The notes beneath the pieces were generated by a model. That model did not search any database, was not told the DNA's origin, and saw only the letters and a program-made list of their open reading frames with translations. Made by a program: the position numbers and the translations under genes. 64,000 bases of DNA from Spirochaetia bacterium (GTDB taxonomy: Bacteria > Spirochaetota > Spirochaetia > UBA9216). Below, piece after piece: positions 31,503 through 41,812 of this stretch. The stretch lies in contig OZ223264.1 in NCBI GenBank assembly GCA_965140585.1, positions 576,001 to 640,000 of the forward strand, given 5' to 3'. The stretch's first letter is position 1; each line of letters starts with the position of its first letter.

Positions 31503-31964
31503 TTATGACAGCATTTTTCGCATATTGTAGGTATCTTTGAAGTACTGAATTGCTATGTAATAGCGGTATTCAAGAACTCCTTCGATCCTGCCTATTTTAT
31601 CAGTAAGCAGGATGTGGAGTTCTTCCATATTAGTAACGCTGAAATCGACTTCTATCTGAGAATCTCCTGAAGTATGCGCGATGTATTCAAGTTCCTGAAG
31701 CTTCTTAAGTTCGGCAATTATTGCCTTAAGCTTCGATGTTTCAATTTTCAGGTGAATATTTCCGGCAACTTCATATCCCAGTTTTACGTGGTTTGGAACT
31801 GCGACTATTGATATGTAGTTTTCATCAAGCAGCCGCTTAATGCGGTTCCTGACTGTAGCCTCAGAAATCCCAATCTGTTTAGCTATGTCGGTGTTCGGCA
31901 TCCTTCCGTTCACCTTGAGAAGTTTTACAATTTCATTATCAGTCTTGTCCAGTCCGGATTCCAA
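31503..31964 (-). CDS. Lrp/AsnC family transcriptional regulator
   Basis: LDKTDNEIVKLLKVNGRMPNTDIAKQIGISEATVRNRIKRL. Confidence 0.9.
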   Translation of the reverse strand: MESGLDKTDNEIVKLLKVNGRMPNTDIAKQIGISEATVRNRIKRLLDENYISIVAVPNHVKLGYEVAGNIHLKIETSKLKAIIAELKKLQELEYIAHTSGDSQIEVDFSVTNMEELHILLTDKIGRIEGVLEYRYYIAIQYFKDTYNMRKMLS

Positions 31965-32025
31965 ATGCCATTCCTTATTTGATTTATGCTATGACGCTAT
32001 CACAGTTGCGTGTTTTTTACAAGTT

Positions 32026-32981
32026 TCAGGCATCTCCGGCGGCTGTCAGTTTTTCAACATCTTCCGTGTCAAGTTGAAGCTCAACCGATGAAAATATTGT
32101 ATTAAGCTGTGATTCACTTGTTGCACTTACGATGGGTGCTGTAACCAGCGGATTTGCCATTAGCCATGCAAGTGAGACCGCTGCCGGCGTGCTGCTGTGC
32201 TTTGCAGATACCTCATCAAGAGCTTTAAGTATCGTTTTTCCCCTGTCGTTAAAATGCTGCTTTATGCCTCCGCCTCTAACACTGGCTTCGAAGTCTTCCT
32301 CCTTTCGATACTTTCCTGTAAGAAATCCTGCCTCCAGGGACCAGTATGTAAAAACACTCAAATTGTACTTTGTTATCAGAGGGGCATATTCATTCTCAAA
32401 CTTGTCTCTGATGATAAGATTGTAATGAGGCTGCAGTGCAACGTAGGAGGGTAGGCTGTTCTTGTCAGCAGTGTTCATAGATTCAGTAAACCTGGCCGGA
32501 GAAATATTTGATGCAGCTATGTAGCGGACCTTTCCTGCCTTTATAATCTCATCGTATGCGGACAGGGTTTCCTCTACCGGGGTTTTCTCATCATCAAAGT
32601 GGGTATAATAGAGGTCAATATAGTCGGTCTGCAGCCTTTTTAGACTGTCATCGATGCTTTTGAGAATATGTTCTCTGCTTGTATCTACCGGATGATGGGA
32701 GGATGCTCCCCGGTCTTTGTAGCCAGAATAATATCTTTCCGGTTTTTTCTTGAGTTAAACCAATTGCCTAAAATGGTTTCAGATTCTCCTCCATTGCTGC
32801 CGCTGACCCAGTGTGAGTAAATATCTGCAGTGTCAATGAAATTGAATCCGCCTTCAGTGAATTTATCGAGTATGTCAAACGACTTTTTCTCGTCAAGCGT
32901 CCATCCGAATACATTTCCTCCAAAATTTATTGGTGAAACCTTCAAATCTGTATTATTAATTGTTAGTCTTTTATTGTTCAT
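32026..32981 (-). pseudogene. Aldo/keto reductase with a single frameshift
   Basis: FGGNVFGW, FIDTADIYS, LATK; one G missing in a G-run near 32710 shifts to HHPVDTSREHILKSIDDSLKRLQTDYIDLY...QPHYNL. Confidence 0.82.
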
Positions 32982-33097
32982 ATAAACTCCTGTCTATATA
33001 AGATAATAAAAAGTTGTCGGAATTCCCAATTATAAAAAAAATCGATTATTTCTGGCATTAGCGATCCCGGTTTCTTATAATTATCAAAAGGCAGTGT

Positions 33098-36000
33098 ATG
33101 ATTTCTAATAGTTGTGTATTCAGGAAATCCTCATTTCGAATTCAGATTCTGATGGCTTCTATTGTTTTTATGTTTTCCATTCAGTGTTTGTTTGCGGAAA
33201 CATCAGGTAGTCAAAATTCCTTTATACAACAGCTTACATATGAAGAAAGAGCCTGGCTTTCAACTCATCAGGAAATTTCAGTCGGTATTATGGACGCCTG
33301 GCCGCCGATGAACTATGTTGATAATGACGGTATTAGCAGGGGGATTGGTGTTGACTACCTTGAAGCTTTAAGCCTCCGTCTGGGTTGTAAAATAAACATA
33401 GTTCCTGCACCTTTTTCTGAGAATCTTGAAGCAGTCAGAAATAAAACTCTTGATGCTCTGATGGATGTCACACCGAAACCTGAGCGTGAGGAGTATCTTA
33501 TTTTCTCAAGAAAGTACCTTGTGATTCCGCATGTAATAGTGGCTGCTTATAACGGACCCTATTTTGCTGTCGAAAAGGATTTGTCTGGGCACAGTCTTGC
33601 ACTTGAGAAAGGTTTTTACAATGTCACCTACTTCAGCGAGAAGTATCCAGACCTCAAAATAATCGAATACCCTGATACTGCTCAGGCTCTGGATGCAGTT
33701 TCAAGAGGTGAAGCTGAAGCATATGTAGGAAACAGGGCTGTAGCCTCCTGGATAATGGAGGAGGAGCTAATCTCAAATCTGCAGATACAGGGCCGGGCCG
33801 AAAAACAGGGTTCAGTACTTACCATCGGAGCCCGAAAAGACTGGCCTGAATTGGTATCTATCATCAATAAAGCCTTTGCAGACTTGTCGGTGGAGGAAGT
33901 TCACCGCATACACAGCAAGTGGACAGGGTATTTCAATGATACTTCCAAAATTACGATGGTCTCCCTGACTCAGGATGAGCAGTACTGGCTGTATGAGCAT
34001 CCTGTAATAAAAATAGGAATTGGAGAAAGCTGGGTTCCGTTTGTGTTTGTACGTAAAGATGGAAGTCTGGAAGGTTATGATGTAGATATTGTGAACAGAA
34101 TAAATGAACTCACTGGCGCTAATATTAAGCTTGAAGCCGGCCCGTGGGTTGATATTGTTGAAAAGGCAGAGGTCCGTAGTATCGACGGACTGGCTGAGTC
34201 TGCCATCGTCCCGAGCAGAGTTGACAAATTTAATTTCACAAATCCATATAACATTGTACAGTATGCTGCTGTTTCAATTCCTGAAAAAGCAGCCTCTATA
34301 AATTCTTCGGAAGATTTAAACGGTAAACGTATTGCTCATCTGAAAGGTAATGCCTGGATAGGCAGGATTCTTGAATCGATCGAAAACGTGGATGTTGTTG
34401 AGGCTGATTCTGAAAGTCAGGCCTTTCAGTTTGTAGTTGAAGAAAAAGCTGATTTTGCATTGATTACCCTTCATCAGATAGGTCAGCTTCGTGAAATATA
34501 TCATCAGATTCTCACTGTCGCCCATGTTTTTACAGATGAAGAATTTATTTTGAAACCGGTTTACTCCATACGGAAAGACTATCCGGAACTGGTTACAATA
34601 ATGAATAAGGCTCTGGCTGCTATCAGTGAAAGTGAACGCAGAGAAATATTTAATCGCTGGGTACCGGCTGTTGCAGTATCGGACTCTGCTGAGCCGGGCT
34701 TTTCACGGTTTGATATCTCTCTTTTTCTCCTTAAGAGTATTGGCCTGGTTTTTCTATTCATGGGAGTGGTTATAACTGCTGCCTGGCTTGTTAAAGGGCG
34801 TCCCCGCTATCTGTCCATCAGGCATTCGCTTTTTCTTATATCATTTGTTTTTGCTTCATTAATAGCGTCGTCTGCAGTATTTGTCGTGCTTCTTGCACAG
34901 ACCCACGAACATGAAGATGATATTACATCCAGAAACCTTGAGTCTGTCTATCTTGCCTTTGAGCTGAAACAGTCCTCTGATGATTTAACCCGCTTTGTCA
35001 GGACTTATACGGTTACAGGCGATGAACGATACGAAGAATATTTTAAACAAACCGCTGCAATCAGGAATGGAGAAGTTGCCCATCCTTCGGATTTTACTCC
35101 TTTCTACTGGGATTACGTATCAGCAGGAAAAGTCCTGCCGGATGAGAATGGTGAAACCTACAGTATAGAAGAAAAGATGAATGCTCTCGGAATGACAGAG
35201 CAGGAAATGGCTAAGCTCTCCGAGTCCAAGCAGGAATCTGATGATTTGATGAGTCTGGAGAATATTGCTTTTAATGCTGTCAAAGGACTTTACAAAGATG
35301 AGCACGGTAAGTTTACCCTGGAAGGGGATCCGGATATGGAGCTGGCAAGAAATATTGTTCACGGCAGTGAGTACCATCTGGAAAAAGCAAAGATAATGGA
35401 ACCGATAGAAGAGTTTTTTATTCTGCTTCAGAGCCGTATGGATTATGAAGAAACTCAGATTCACCGTCGTAATCAGGCTGTTATTATCGGGATAACTCTT
35501 CTTGTTGCAATTACAATACTGTTTTCCGTATATGTTTTCTTTCTTATGAGGCGACGTATCATCATGCCGCTGTCGGTTTTTGAACGTGGTGCTGATGCAA
35601 TCAGAAACGGTGAATTCTCACATAAAATCCAGATAAAAGAAAATGATGAAATCGGTGAACTGGCTTCTGTCTTTAATTCGATGGTAGAAAGCATAGAAGA
35701 GAAAACCTCAAGACTGTATGCAACAATTGAATCAACTACTGATGGAATACTTGTCGTTGATCTCAATCAGAAAATTACTTCCTATAATACACGGTTTCTG
35801 GAAATATGGGGTGTGGATAAGGCTTTCGCTGAAGCCGGTAGTGATGAAGTTCTACTGGCGGAATGTATTTCAATGCTTGAAAACCCTGATGCCTTTTGTG
35901 AAGATGTAATGACTTTGTATGCAAATCCTGATAGAGAAGATTTTGCCTCGCTAACAATGCAGGATGGTAGAATAGTTGAGCGCTATTCAAGACCGCAGAA

Positions 36001-38323
36001 ATCAGGCGAGCAGATAATCGGGCGGGTCTGGAGTTTCCGGGATGTAACTGAAAGACGTCAGGCTGAACAGGCTCTGAACGAAGCAAAGGATGCCGCGGAA
36101 GTCGCTACAAGGGCAAAAAGTGATTTTCTGGCCAATATGAGTCATGAAATCCGAACACCGATGAATGCAATCATCGGTATGAGCCATCTTGCGCTTAAAA
36201 CAGAGCTGAGTCCCCGGCAGCGCGACTACATTACAAAGATAGACAAGTCCTCAAGGGCTCTGCTGAATATTATCAATGACATCCTTGATTTTTCAAAGAT
36301 TGAAGCGGGAAAACTCGATATTGAATCGATTAAGTTTTCTCTGGATGATGTTCTGTGCAATCTCTCAAACATGGTTTCAGTCAGTATCAGGCGCAAAGGT
36401 ATTGAACTGATCTTTGATGTCCCACCCGAGTTTCCGCGCGGGCTGGTCGGAGATCCTCTTAGACTTGGGCAGATCCTGCTCAATCTCTGCAGCAATGCTG
36501 TTAAATTCACTCAGGAAGGTCAGATTAAAGTTTCAGCCATTGTAGAAAACGAAAGCGACTCAGAAATCCTGGCACGCTTTTCAGTGCATGATTCAGGTGT
36601 CGGCCTGAGTACAGAGCAGCAAGAAAAACTGTTCCAGTCTTTTCATCAGGCAGACAGTTCGACTACAAGAAAATACGGTGGTACCGGCCTGGGGCTGGCA
36701 ATATGCAAGAATCTGGCGGAGCTGATGGGCGGAGAAATTGGTGTAAGTTCTGCTCCGGGGCTGGGAAGTTCATTCTGGTTTACGGCAAAATTCGGACTAC
36801 ACCATGATGCGATGAAAAAAAATCCAAATTATACAGATCTGGCTGAAAGTCTGAAAGGTAAACGTGTTCTGATTGTCGATGATAACGAAGAGGCTCTTAA
36901 ATCCATGCAGGAGATGACTGAAAGTTTCGGCTTTGATGTGCTTACTGCCGGTTCGGGGAGTGAAGCACTTGATATTCTTGAGACAGCCGCGGAAGGAAAT
37001 GAGATTCCGCTCGTACTGATGGATATGAAAATGCCTGAAATGGACGGGATTGAGGCAATAAAACGGATTAAATCTAATCCTGAACTGAAGGATCGGACCT
37101 CTGTGATTCTTGTTACTGCTTATGGAAGGGAAGAACTGATGTATCAGGCAGAACTTGAAAATATTGAGGCTTTTCTAGTTAAACCGATTAATCAGTCTCT
37201 TCTGTTTGAAACTATTCTTGAGGCTCTGGGCCATGATATAGGCTGCCGTCCGATTCTCGGAAATAGCGAAGTTTCTGTTCCTGCTAACTTTGACTCAATC
37301 AGAGGTGCTAAGCTTCTTCTGGTAGAGGACAATGAGTTCAATCAGCAGTTTGCAACAGAGCTGCTTTCTGATGAAGGCTTTTTTATTGAACTGGCGGAAA
37401 ACGGAGTTGGAGCAGTCAATGCCGTAAAAGCTGAGGGCTCTGATTATGATGCTGTACTGATGGATTTACAAATGCCTGTAATGGACGGATACACAGCAAC
37501 AGCGGAAATCCGCAAAGACAGCCGGTTTGATGATCTTCCTGTTATTGCTATGACTGCTGATGCTATGGAAGGGGTAAGTGAAAAAGTTTTCAGTATAGGC
37601 ATGAATGACTATGTTACCAAACCGATCGAACCTGAAATACTGTTTAAAACTTTAATTAAGTGGATAAAGCCCGGCAAGCGAAAACTTCCGGAATCCTACA
37701 GCGGCGATACAGATTTTTCAGCTCATCAAAACCTTCAGCTTCCTGAGCTTATAGGTATTGATATTAAAGCCGGACTTGCAAGAGTTGAAGGCCGGCTTGA
37801 GAAGTACATGAAGCTTCTTCATACTTTTATTCATAATCAGGGAAATGCGGTACAAAGGCTGGGAGATGCTATAGATTCAAACGAAAAAGAGATTGCAGTT
37901 AGAACAGCCCATACTCTGAAAGGTGTTTCCGGGACTATTGGAGCATTTGAACTGCAGGTGAAAGCAGAGCTTCTTGAGACTCTATTGAAATCTGATAATT
38001 TCCCTGAAGCCAAAAAAGTTCTGTCTGAAGTCAGCCGAATGCTTGCCGATACCATTACCCTTACTTCTGACTGGCTCAGACTTAATGAGCCTGCCGAAGC
38101 GAAAAAAGGACCAGATGTAGAAGAGCTGAATCTGCAGGTTAGGCAGCTTGTGAAGTATCTGCAGGATGATGATTCCAAGGCTGAAGATCTGATTGATGAG
38201 CTGCTGAGCTCTTCGGGAACGGCTTCTTATCGGGATAAGCTTTTACTCATAAAAAATGACATTATTGATATTGAATATGAAAATGCGCTTGATAAAATCA
38301 GGCGGCTGGAAATCGGAGAGTAG
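33098..38323 (+). CDS. Large multi-sensor hybrid kinase (2x SBP_bac_3, second extracytoplasmic domain, HAMP, PAS, HisKA/HATPase, 2x REC, Hpt)
   Basis: LTYEERAWL/LTQDEQYWL solute-binding repeats; FLANMSHEIRTPMN; two REC domains; AHTLKGVSGTIGA Hpt. Confidence 0.93.
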   Translation: MISNSCVFRKSSFRIQILMASIVFMFSIQCLFAETSGSQNSFIQQLTYEERAWLSTHQEISVGIMDAWPPMNYVDNDGISRGIGVDYLEALSLRLGCKINIVPAPFSENLEAVRNKTLDALMDVTPKPEREEYLIFSRKYLVIPHVIVAAYNGPYFAVEKDLSGHSLALEKGFYNVTYFSEKYPDLKIIEYPDTAQALDAVSRGEAEAYVGNRAVASWIMEEELISNLQIQGRAEKQGSVLTIGARKDWPELVSIINKAFADLSVEEVHRIHSKWTGYFNDTSKITMVSLTQDEQYWLYEHPVIKIGIGESWVPFVFVRKDGSLEGYDVDIVNRINELTGANIKLEAGPWVDIVEKAEVRSIDGLAESAIVPSRVDKFNFTNPYNIVQYAAVSIPEKAASINSSEDLNGKRIAHLKGNAWIGRILESIENVDVVEADSESQAFQFVVEEKADFALITLHQIGQLREIYHQILTVAHVFTDEEFILKPVYSIRKDYPELVTIMNKALAAISESERREIFNRWVPAVAVSDSAEPGFSRFDISLFLLKSIGLVFLFMGVVITAAWLVKGRPRYLSIRHSLFLISFVFASLIASSAVFVVLLAQTHEHEDDITSRNLESVYLAFELKQSSDDLTRFVRTYTVTGDERYEEYFKQTAAIRNGEVAHPSDFTPFYWDYVSAGKVLPDENGETYSIEEKMNALGMTEQEMAKLSESKQESDDLMSLENIAFNAVKGLYKDEHGKFTLEGDPDMELARNIVHGSEYHLEKAKIMEPIEEFFILLQSRMDYEETQIHRRNQAVIIGITLLVAITILFSVYVFFLMRRRIIMPLSVFERGADAIRNGEFSHKIQIKENDEIGELASVFNSMVESIEEKTSRLYATIESTTDGILVVDLNQKITSYNTRFLEIWGVDKAFAEAGSDEVLLAECISMLENPDAFCEDVMTLYANPDREDFASLTMQDGRIVERYSRPQKSGEQIIGRVWSFRDVTERRQAEQALNEAKDAAEVATRAKSDFLANMSHEIRTPMNAIIGMSHLALKTELSPRQRDYITKIDKSSRALLNIINDILDFSKIEAGKLDIESIKFSLDDVLCNLSNMVSVSIRRKGIELIFDVPPEFPRGLVGDPLRLGQILLNLCSNAVKFTQEGQIKVSAIVENESDSEILARFSVHDSGVGLSTEQQEKLFQSFHQADSSTTRKYGGTGLGLAICKNLAELMGGEIGVSSAPGLGSSFWFTAKFGLHHDAMKKNPNYTDLAESLKGKRVLIVDDNEEALKSMQEMTESFGFDVLTAGSGSEALDILETAAEGNEIPLVLMDMKMPEMDGIEAIKRIKSNPELKDRTSVILVTAYGREELMYQAELENIEAFLVKPINQSLLFETILEALGHDIGCRPILGNSEVSVPANFDSIRGAKLLLVEDNEFNQQFATELLSDEGFFIELAENGVGAVNAVKAEGSDYDAVLMDLQMPVMDGYTATAEIRKDSRFDDLPVIAMTADAMEGVSEKVFSIGMNDYVTKPIEPEILFKTLIKWIKPGKRKLPESYSGDTDFSAHQNLQLPELIGIDIKAGLARVEGRLEKYMKLLHTFIHNQGNAVQRLGDAIDSNEKEIAVRTAHTLKGVSGTIGAFELQVKAELLETLLKSDNFPEAKKVLSEVSRMLADTITLTSDWLRLNEPAEAKKGPDVEELNLQVRQLVKYLQDDDSKAEDLIDELLSSSGTASYRDKLLLIKNDIIDIEYENALDKIRRLEIGE

Positions 38324-38324
38324 G

Positions 38325-39407
38325 ATGGCAGGAATTCTGATTATAGATGATTCAGCTGAAAATCGTGAAGTTATTAAGGGGCTGCTTGAAACGGAGCATA
38401 CGATTTACCTTGCAAAAAACGGTGAGCAGGGTATTCAGCTGGCCAGAAAAAGACTTCCGGATCTAATTCTGCTTGATGTTATGATGCCGGTAATGGACGG
38501 TTATGTAGCATGCAGCCTGCTGAAGGCTGATGAAACAACAGTGGATATTCCTGTAATATTTCTCACTTCAATGGATGATGTAGAAGATGAAACCAGAGGT
38601 CTGGCTTTAGGGGCTGTTGATTATATAACCAAGCCGGTCAGACCGCCAATTCTTAAAGAACGTGTAAAGAATCATCTGGAATTAAAAGAATCCAAAGACC
38701 TTCTGAAAAGGCAGAATGAGATTCTGGAAGAAAAGGTTATTGAAAGAACCAGGCAGCTGGAAGAGCTTCATGATGTAACAATGATGGCCATGGGAGCCCT
38801 CGCTGAAACGCGTGATCCGGAAACCGGAAACCATATCCGGCGAACACAGCTTTACATCAAATGTCTTGCAGAAAAGCTAAAAATTCAGCCAAGGTTTAAG
38901 GATTATCTGCAGCCTGAAATAATAACATCGCTGTTTAAATCCGCGCCGCTTCATGATATCGGAAAGGTCGGAGTACCTGATCATATACTTCTCAAACCGG
39001 GAAAGCTGACGGAGGAAGAGTTTGAGATAATGAAGCTTCACACTGCATATGGCCGTGATGCAATTTCAGCAGCCGAGAAGACGATGACCGGTACTGACAA
39101 CTTTCTTTCTTTTGCCAAGGAGATCGCCTTCTCGCATCATGAAAAATGGGACGGTTCGGGGTATCCTGAAGGCCTTAAAGGTGATGACATTCCGGTTTCG
39201 GCAAGATTGATGGCGGTGGCTGATGTTTATGATGCCCTAATCAGCCGCAGGGTTTACAAACCGCCTTTCCCTCATGAAAAAGCTGTTTCAATTATAGAAG
39301 GCGACAGCGGAACTCATTTTGATCCTGATATAGTAACGGCTTTCCTGGGAATAGATATTCAGTTTAAGGAAATTTCACGTGAATATCATGATCTCCACGA
39401 AGATTAG
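38325..39407 (+). CDS. REC + HD-GYP c-di-GMP phosphodiesterase (RpfG-like)
   Basis: ETGNHIRR, LHDIGK, HHEKWDGSGYP, ADVYDAL. Confidence 0.93.
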   Translation: MAGILIIDDSAENREVIKGLLETEHTIYLAKNGEQGIQLARKRLPDLILLDVMMPVMDGYVACSLLKADETTVDIPVIFLTSMDDVEDETRGLALGAVDYITKPVRPPILKERVKNHLELKESKDLLKRQNEILEEKVIERTRQLEELHDVTMMAMGALAETRDPETGNHIRRTQLYIKCLAEKLKIQPRFKDYLQPEIITSLFKSAPLHDIGKVGVPDHILLKPGKLTEEEFEIMKLHTAYGRDAISAAEKTMTGTDNFLSFAKEIAFSHHEKWDGSGYPEGLKGDDIPVSARLMAVADVYDALISRRVYKPPFPHEKAVSIIEGDSGTHFDPDIVTAFLGIDIQFKEISREYHDLHED

Positions 39408-39412
39408 GAATG

Positions 39413-39431
39413 AGCCCCGGATACCGGGGCT
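39413..39431. terminator. GC-rich hairpin between convergent genes
   Basis: AGCCCCGG-ATA-CCGGGGCT; no U-tract. Confidence 0.5.
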
Positions 39432-39438
39432 AAGCTAT

Positions 39439-40902
39439 TCAGACTGAAGCGCAGCAGCTGTTTATAGATTCTCCCTGCTCCGCATAGGCTTTCACCTTTG
39501 CCGCCGCGGCTTTTGATGTGTTGACTATTGATGAACCGCCGACGCAACCGCCCTGACAGGCCATTACCTCAATCAGGTTACCTTCGCTGCATGCCCCCTC
39601 CCTGGCGAAGGATTTTAGCAGGGCAATCGTTTTGCGGTCCAGACCGTCTACGCAGAAAGGCCTTACCTCTGCATCATGACCGGCTGCCGTTTTCACTGCT
39701 GCAGAAACTCCTCCGCTTACAGCAAACTTTCTGGCTTTTTTTGATGATTCTGTCTGGAATAAGTAGTCTTCGCATTCGCTCAGTTCAATTCCCCTGGCTA
39801 CCAGCATTGCACCGATTTCCTCGGCACTCATGACGAAATCAACATCATCATCGTAAATTGCTTCCTTTCGTTTGGCCATGCAGGGGCCTATAAATACGGT
39901 AATGCAGTTCGCATACCGTTCTTTGGCAATCTCGGCAATAAAGTGCATGGGAGTAGGAGTCTCCGAAATATAATTCTTAAGCTCATGTACATGTTTGGCT
40001 ACCAGTTCCCTGTATGCGGCACAGCAGGATGTGGTCATAAAGGGGCTTCCTTCATTCATTTTATGAGCAAATTCCTCTGCTTCATGCCTGGTTGTTATAT
40101 CAGCGCCTTCAGCCGCTTCCAGTACATGATCGAAGCCCATCGAAACAAGAGCAGTCGCCAGTTTTCGTATGGATTCGGGGAACTGGCCTTCCATTGATGG
40201 CGCAAGCATCGCAACAACAGGTCTGTCGCTTCGTATTGCCTTAAGTACATCGATGATCTGGCTTCTTTCATTGACGGCGCCGAAGGGGCAGCCCGAAACA
40301 CAGGCGCCGCAGCTTATGCAGCGTTCATGATCGACCTCAACAACACCAAGCTCATTTTTTCTTATTGCTTTCACCGGACAGACCTCTTCGCATGGTACCC
40401 TGAGTTTTGCTATTGCACTGTATGAACATGCACCTATACATTTAGTGCAGTTTTTACAAAGTTTCGGATCAATTGCAGCTTTACCGTTAACAATGCTTAT
40501 TGCATTGAATCTACAGGATGACACACATGATTGGGCTACACAGCCCTGACACATATCGGTTACGTGAATCTGTACTGGAACACAGCCCTTACAGGCGGTA
40601 TCTATAGCCGTTAGTACCTGATCTGAGGGCCTTGTTCTCTCTAGTGCTTCATAGGCGTAATCAAAGAGCGGTTTTTCATGGTTGTCTTCACTTACGGAAA
40701 AACCAAGTCCGGCAATTACACGCTCCCTTATTGCAGCTCTTTCCTTATGAATACAGCATCTGTACTGTGCATCACTGTGTTTAGGCCTCATCCGGTATGG
40801 AATTTTATAGGCTGATGAGGGGAAATCCACCGAGTCAAAAGCCTTTATAATATTTACCAGTACCTGTTTGTTCAGATTGCTTGTAAGTTTTACATTACTC
40901 AT
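39439..40902 (-). CDS. Monomeric [FeFe]-hydrogenase, group B (M3a-like)
   Basis: RCCIHKER N-terminus; three ferredoxin Cys clusters; H-cluster motifs TSCCAAY, GPCMAKRKE, EVMACQGGCVGG. Confidence 0.85.
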   Translation of the reverse strand: MSNVKLTSNLNKQVLVNIIKAFDSVDFPSSAYKIPYRMRPKHSDAQYRCCIHKERAAIRERVIAGLGFSVSEDNHEKPLFDYAYEALERTRPSDQVLTAIDTACKGCVPVQIHVTDMCQGCVAQSCVSSCRFNAISIVNGKAAIDPKLCKNCTKCIGACSYSAIAKLRVPCEEVCPVKAIRKNELGVVEVDHERCISCGACVSGCPFGAVNERSQIIDVLKAIRSDRPVVAMLAPSMEGQFPESIRKLATALVSMGFDHVLEAAEGADITTRHEAEEFAHKMNEGSPFMTTSCCAAYRELVAKHVHELKNYISETPTPMHFIAEIAKERYANCITVFIGPCMAKRKEAIYDDDVDFVMSAEEIGAMLVARGIELSECEDYLFQTESSKKARKFAVSGGVSAAVKTAAGHDAEVRPFCVDGLDRKTIALLKSFAREGACSEGNLIEVMACQGGCVGGSSIVNTSKAAAAKVKAYAEQGESINSCCASV

Positions 40903-40939
40903 TAAATGTTCCCCCCTGAGGTTATTTGATATTAATACA

Positions 40940-40987
40940 GTAAAATTATATCGATAAAAATATACATAATAGATTGGTTTTTGTCAA
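40940..40987 (-). promoter_or_regulatory. Sigma70 promoter plus palindromic operator of the hydrogenase gene
   Basis: TTGACA-N17-TATATT followed by TTTATCGATAT; duplicated at 42191-42238. Confidence 0.7.
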
Positions 40988-41105
40988 TATCAGGACTATG
41001 GACGAAATTACCTACAAACCGATACTTAATTTGACAAGCGATATAAATAGATTATCCTTAAAAAGGAGCTGTAATTTAACCCTTTATTCTAAGCGAGAGA
41101 GTAGC

Positions 41106-41812
41106 ATGATTAATACAAAAAACAATAAAATACTGCTGGTAGAAGATGAAGTCATACTGGCCATGTCAAACAAAATGCAGCTCGAGGACTATGGTTACAG
41201 CGTTGTTACGGCCAATACCGACAGGCAGGCTGTTGATTTCATTTCCGGTGATGAGAGTATTAATCTTGTATTGATGGATATTGATTTGGGTTCAGGAATA
41301 GACGGTACATAAGCTGCAGAAATCATTCTAAGTGAGCATAAAGTGCCCATTGTTTTTCTATCAAGTCATATGGAACCTGAGATTGTAGAAAAAACCGAAA
41401 AAATAACCTCAAATGGATATGTAGTTAAAAGCTCGAGTATTACAGTGCTTGATGCATCTATTAAAATGGCCTTCAAGCTTTTTGATGCGAATCTTAAAAT
41501 TGAGGAAAATGTGAAATCGGAGCAGCCTGCCGGAGTTCCAAGACTATCTGAGCTTGATATAATTAATGAACTGCAGACAAGCGAAAAGCAGTACTGCTTA
41601 TTATTTGAGTCAACGATTGAAGGTATCTGTCTTCATGAGCTTGTTTACAGTGATGAAGGGAAGGCTGTTGACTACCGTCTCCTGGATGTGAATCCGAAAT
41701 TTGAAGAAATTCTGAAATTGAGAAAGGCAGATGTTGAAGGAAGGCTTGCCACTGAAGTATATAAAACTGAAGAGGCTCCGTATCTGGAAGCTTATACAAG
41801 GGTTGCTGAAAC
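41106..41812 (+). pseudogene. REC-PAS sensor protein, nonsense codon and 3'-truncated
   Basis: ILLVEDE...LMDIDLGSGIDGT*AAEII (TAA at 41310); PAS (EGICLHEL...DYRLLDVNPKFE) ends abruptly at VAET. Confidence 0.8.
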
